Of a stretch of DNA of 64,000 nucleotides, positions 62,321 through 64,000 are shown piece by piece (within the stretch, counting starts at the first letter, position 1; every line of letters starts with the position of its first letter). Below the pieces are notes generated by a model, which was not told the DNA's origin, ran no database searches, and saw only the letters and a list, made by a program, of their open reading frames with translations. The DNA comes from Cenarchaeum sp. (lineage in GTDB: Archaea > Thermoproteota > Nitrososphaeria > Nitrososphaerales > Nitrosopumilaceae): NCBI GenBank assembly GCA_965212015.1, contig OZ243037.1, positions 832,001 to 896,000 on the forward strand, given 5' to 3'. A program made the translations under genes and the position numbers.

Positions 62321-64000
62321 TGATTCGCCTTCATCAATTTTACAATTTCTATGGCAAGTGATTGGGTTTTGTCAAAATCTAAACTTTGTTCACGTAGTAT
62401 ATCTTTGATCTTTGCTCGCATCTCTTTTTGTATATTTTCTTTTTCCGGCCAATTACTTACTTGCAATAGTTCTAAATTCTTGGAGATTGTCATGGTTAAT
62501 TCTTTGGATTTTTCATCATCAAATGCGTTTTGAAGACTGCTATATATGGAGAATTGTATTTTGGTCAACCCTTCATCTGATGCTCGTTTACCTTCAGAAA
62601 ATAATTTTTGTAGCAGTTTCTGTAACTGGTTAAATGATTGTGCATCCTCAAACTTTGTATTTTTTAAATTTTCGATGATCTCTTCTAGTCTTTGTTTTAG
62701 TGATTTGTAATATGCAGGATTTGTTGATTCATTTTTTTCTATTACTTTTCGTGCCTTTTTTATAATTATACTTGATCTAGTCTTTACAGAACCATAGGAT
62801 TTGATCAGTTTGATGAAATTTGTATTATCAATCTTGGTAGGAGGAATGAGTTGAATGGATTCTTCAGCACTAATTACATCTTTGATCAATTTTTTTACTT
62901 TTTCGCCTATCTCTTGCAAATTTAGATTTTCATCATAAAAGGCAGTCCTAGCAGCTGCCCTTGTTTTTGCCAAAAATTTCAAGTCATCTTGATATTTAAG
63001 TGCCTCAGGATCCGGCAGCACTAAATCCATGTATTTAGAAAATTCTTTAAAATCGTGTTCAAATGATTCCCTCGTATCTTCAGGGGTCAGGATTTCGATC
63101 AGGGCATCAAGGTCATTTCTATTCATATTAGTAAAATATGACATTGCTTTATCACACCAAATTTTTAATTTTAAATGTGCATCTTCGAATGTTTTTAAAA
63201 TCTGTTTTATCTCGATATTTGCATCTTCATCTATATCATACATTTGATACGCCTCTGCCAAATTCCCAGAGATTCCCCAAAAATCAACAATCATCCCATG
63301 TGTTTTTTTTACTCCATGTGGACGATTTACCCTAGCTATTGCCTGAAGTAGAGTATGTTCCTTAAGCCCTTGATCAAGATACATTGTCTGTAGAATCGGC
63401 GCATCAAATCCTGTAAGTAGCATATCTACTACAATTAGAATCGACAGGGACTCATCCTTTATTGAAAGCTTGAATTTTTCCACATATTGTTCCTTGACTC
63501 TGTCTGTTAATTCATATTTGTCCCAACCATATTTTTTGTCAGTAGGCATAGATGTCATTATGATTCTAGATTCTGGCGCTTCTAGGTCATCAAGTGCTTT
63601 TTTATATAGGACTGCAGCTCCTCTTGATGGCGCCACAATCATTGCTTTAAGACCATTAGGATAGACATGTTTTTCATAGTGATCCACTATTGCTTCTGCC
63701 ACTCTTTTGATTCTGTTAGGTGCAGAAGCTATAGCAGTCTTGTTCGCATATTTTTTCCTTGAAATTTCACGTGTCTTTTCATCAACATTTTTTGTTATTT
63801 CTGCAAATCTTTTTTCAATGGATTCTCCTTGTACATGCATATCACTGAATCTCCCTTCATAGTAAATTGGAAGAGTAGCACCATCTGCCTCCGATTCTGA
63901 AATTTTATAGGTATCAATATAAGTTCCAAAGCTATCCTGAGTTTTATCATTCTTTATTAAAGGTGTTCCAGTATATGCAAAAAATATGGCATTGGGAAGT
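62317..64000 (-). CDS. hsdR: Type I restriction enzyme R subunit, C-terminal part (truncated by the window edge)
   Basis: Frame stays open to the edge: LPNAIFFAYTGTP...DGATLPIYYEGR; KAMIV, IVVDMLLTGFDAP, LLQAIARVNR, IVDF. Confidence 0.95.
   Translation of the reverse strand, partial: LPNAIFFAYTGTPLIKNDKTQDSFGTYIDTYKISESEADGATLPIYYEGRFSDMHVQGESIEKRFAEITKNVDEKTREISRKKYANKTAIASAPNRIKRVAEAIVDHYEKHVYPNGLKAMIVAPSRGAAVLYKKALDDLEAPESRIIMTSMPTDKKYGWDKYELTDRVKEQYVEKFKLSIKDESLSILIVVDMLLTGFDAPILQTMYLDQGLKEHTLLQAIARVNRPHGVKKTHGMIVDFWGISGNLAEAYQMYDIDEDANIEIKQILKTFEDAHLKLKIWCDKAMSYFTNMNRNDLDALIEILTPEDTRESFEHDFKEFSKYMDLVLPDPEALKYQDDLKFLAKTRAAARTAFYDENLNLQEIGEKVKKLIKDVISAEESIQLIPPTKIDNTNFIKLIKSYGSVKTRSSIIIKKARKVIEKNESTNPAYYKSLKQRLEEIIENLKNTKFEDAQSFNQLQKLLQKLFSEGKRASDEGLTKIQFSIYSSLQNAFDDEKSKELTMTISKNLELLQVSNWPEKENIQKEMRAKIKDILREQSLDFDKTQSLAIEIVKLMKANQ

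Overview
Chromosomal segment of an ammonia-oxidiser-lineage archaeon (Nitrososphaerota, Nitrosopumilaceae-like 16S). The backbone is unusually GC-rich for this family, as in Cenarchaeum-type invertebrate symbionts (inference). Most of it is core housekeeping: MCM-GINS-RFC, tRNA endonuclease, uL16, tRNA-Gly, the tpiA-polB-dCMP deaminase-Hef helicase-parvulin-menA block, RNase P RNA, Alba, rpo6, eS25, deoxyhypusine synthase, thrS, DnaJ-ferredoxin, hemL and a 16S-23S operon with BHB processing stems. Accessory patches: a GNAT toxin with a tiny antitoxin between IS relics (17-18.8 kb); a Panacea/SocA-like antitoxin with a frameshifted PIN toxin (31.5-32.8 kb); a Zn-finger plus two extremely basic repeat proteins right after the 23S gene (48.6-50.1 kb); surface proteins (S-layer-like, PstS, NHL-HYR-RTX); and a very AT-rich island with an IS630 pseudogene, 25-bp tandem repeats and a type I R-M HsdR plus M48 gene (60.5-64 kb). 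The most interesting unexplained signals are the basic (Q)RPEV-repeat cluster, a ~200-nt pseudoknotted intergenic RNA candidate at 3.7 kb, two C/D-box elements (one with a predicted 23S target, one in the pre-rRNA leader) and a hairpin-dense spacer at 51.9-52.4 kb. All calls come from reading the sequence by eye; no searches or folding programs were run.
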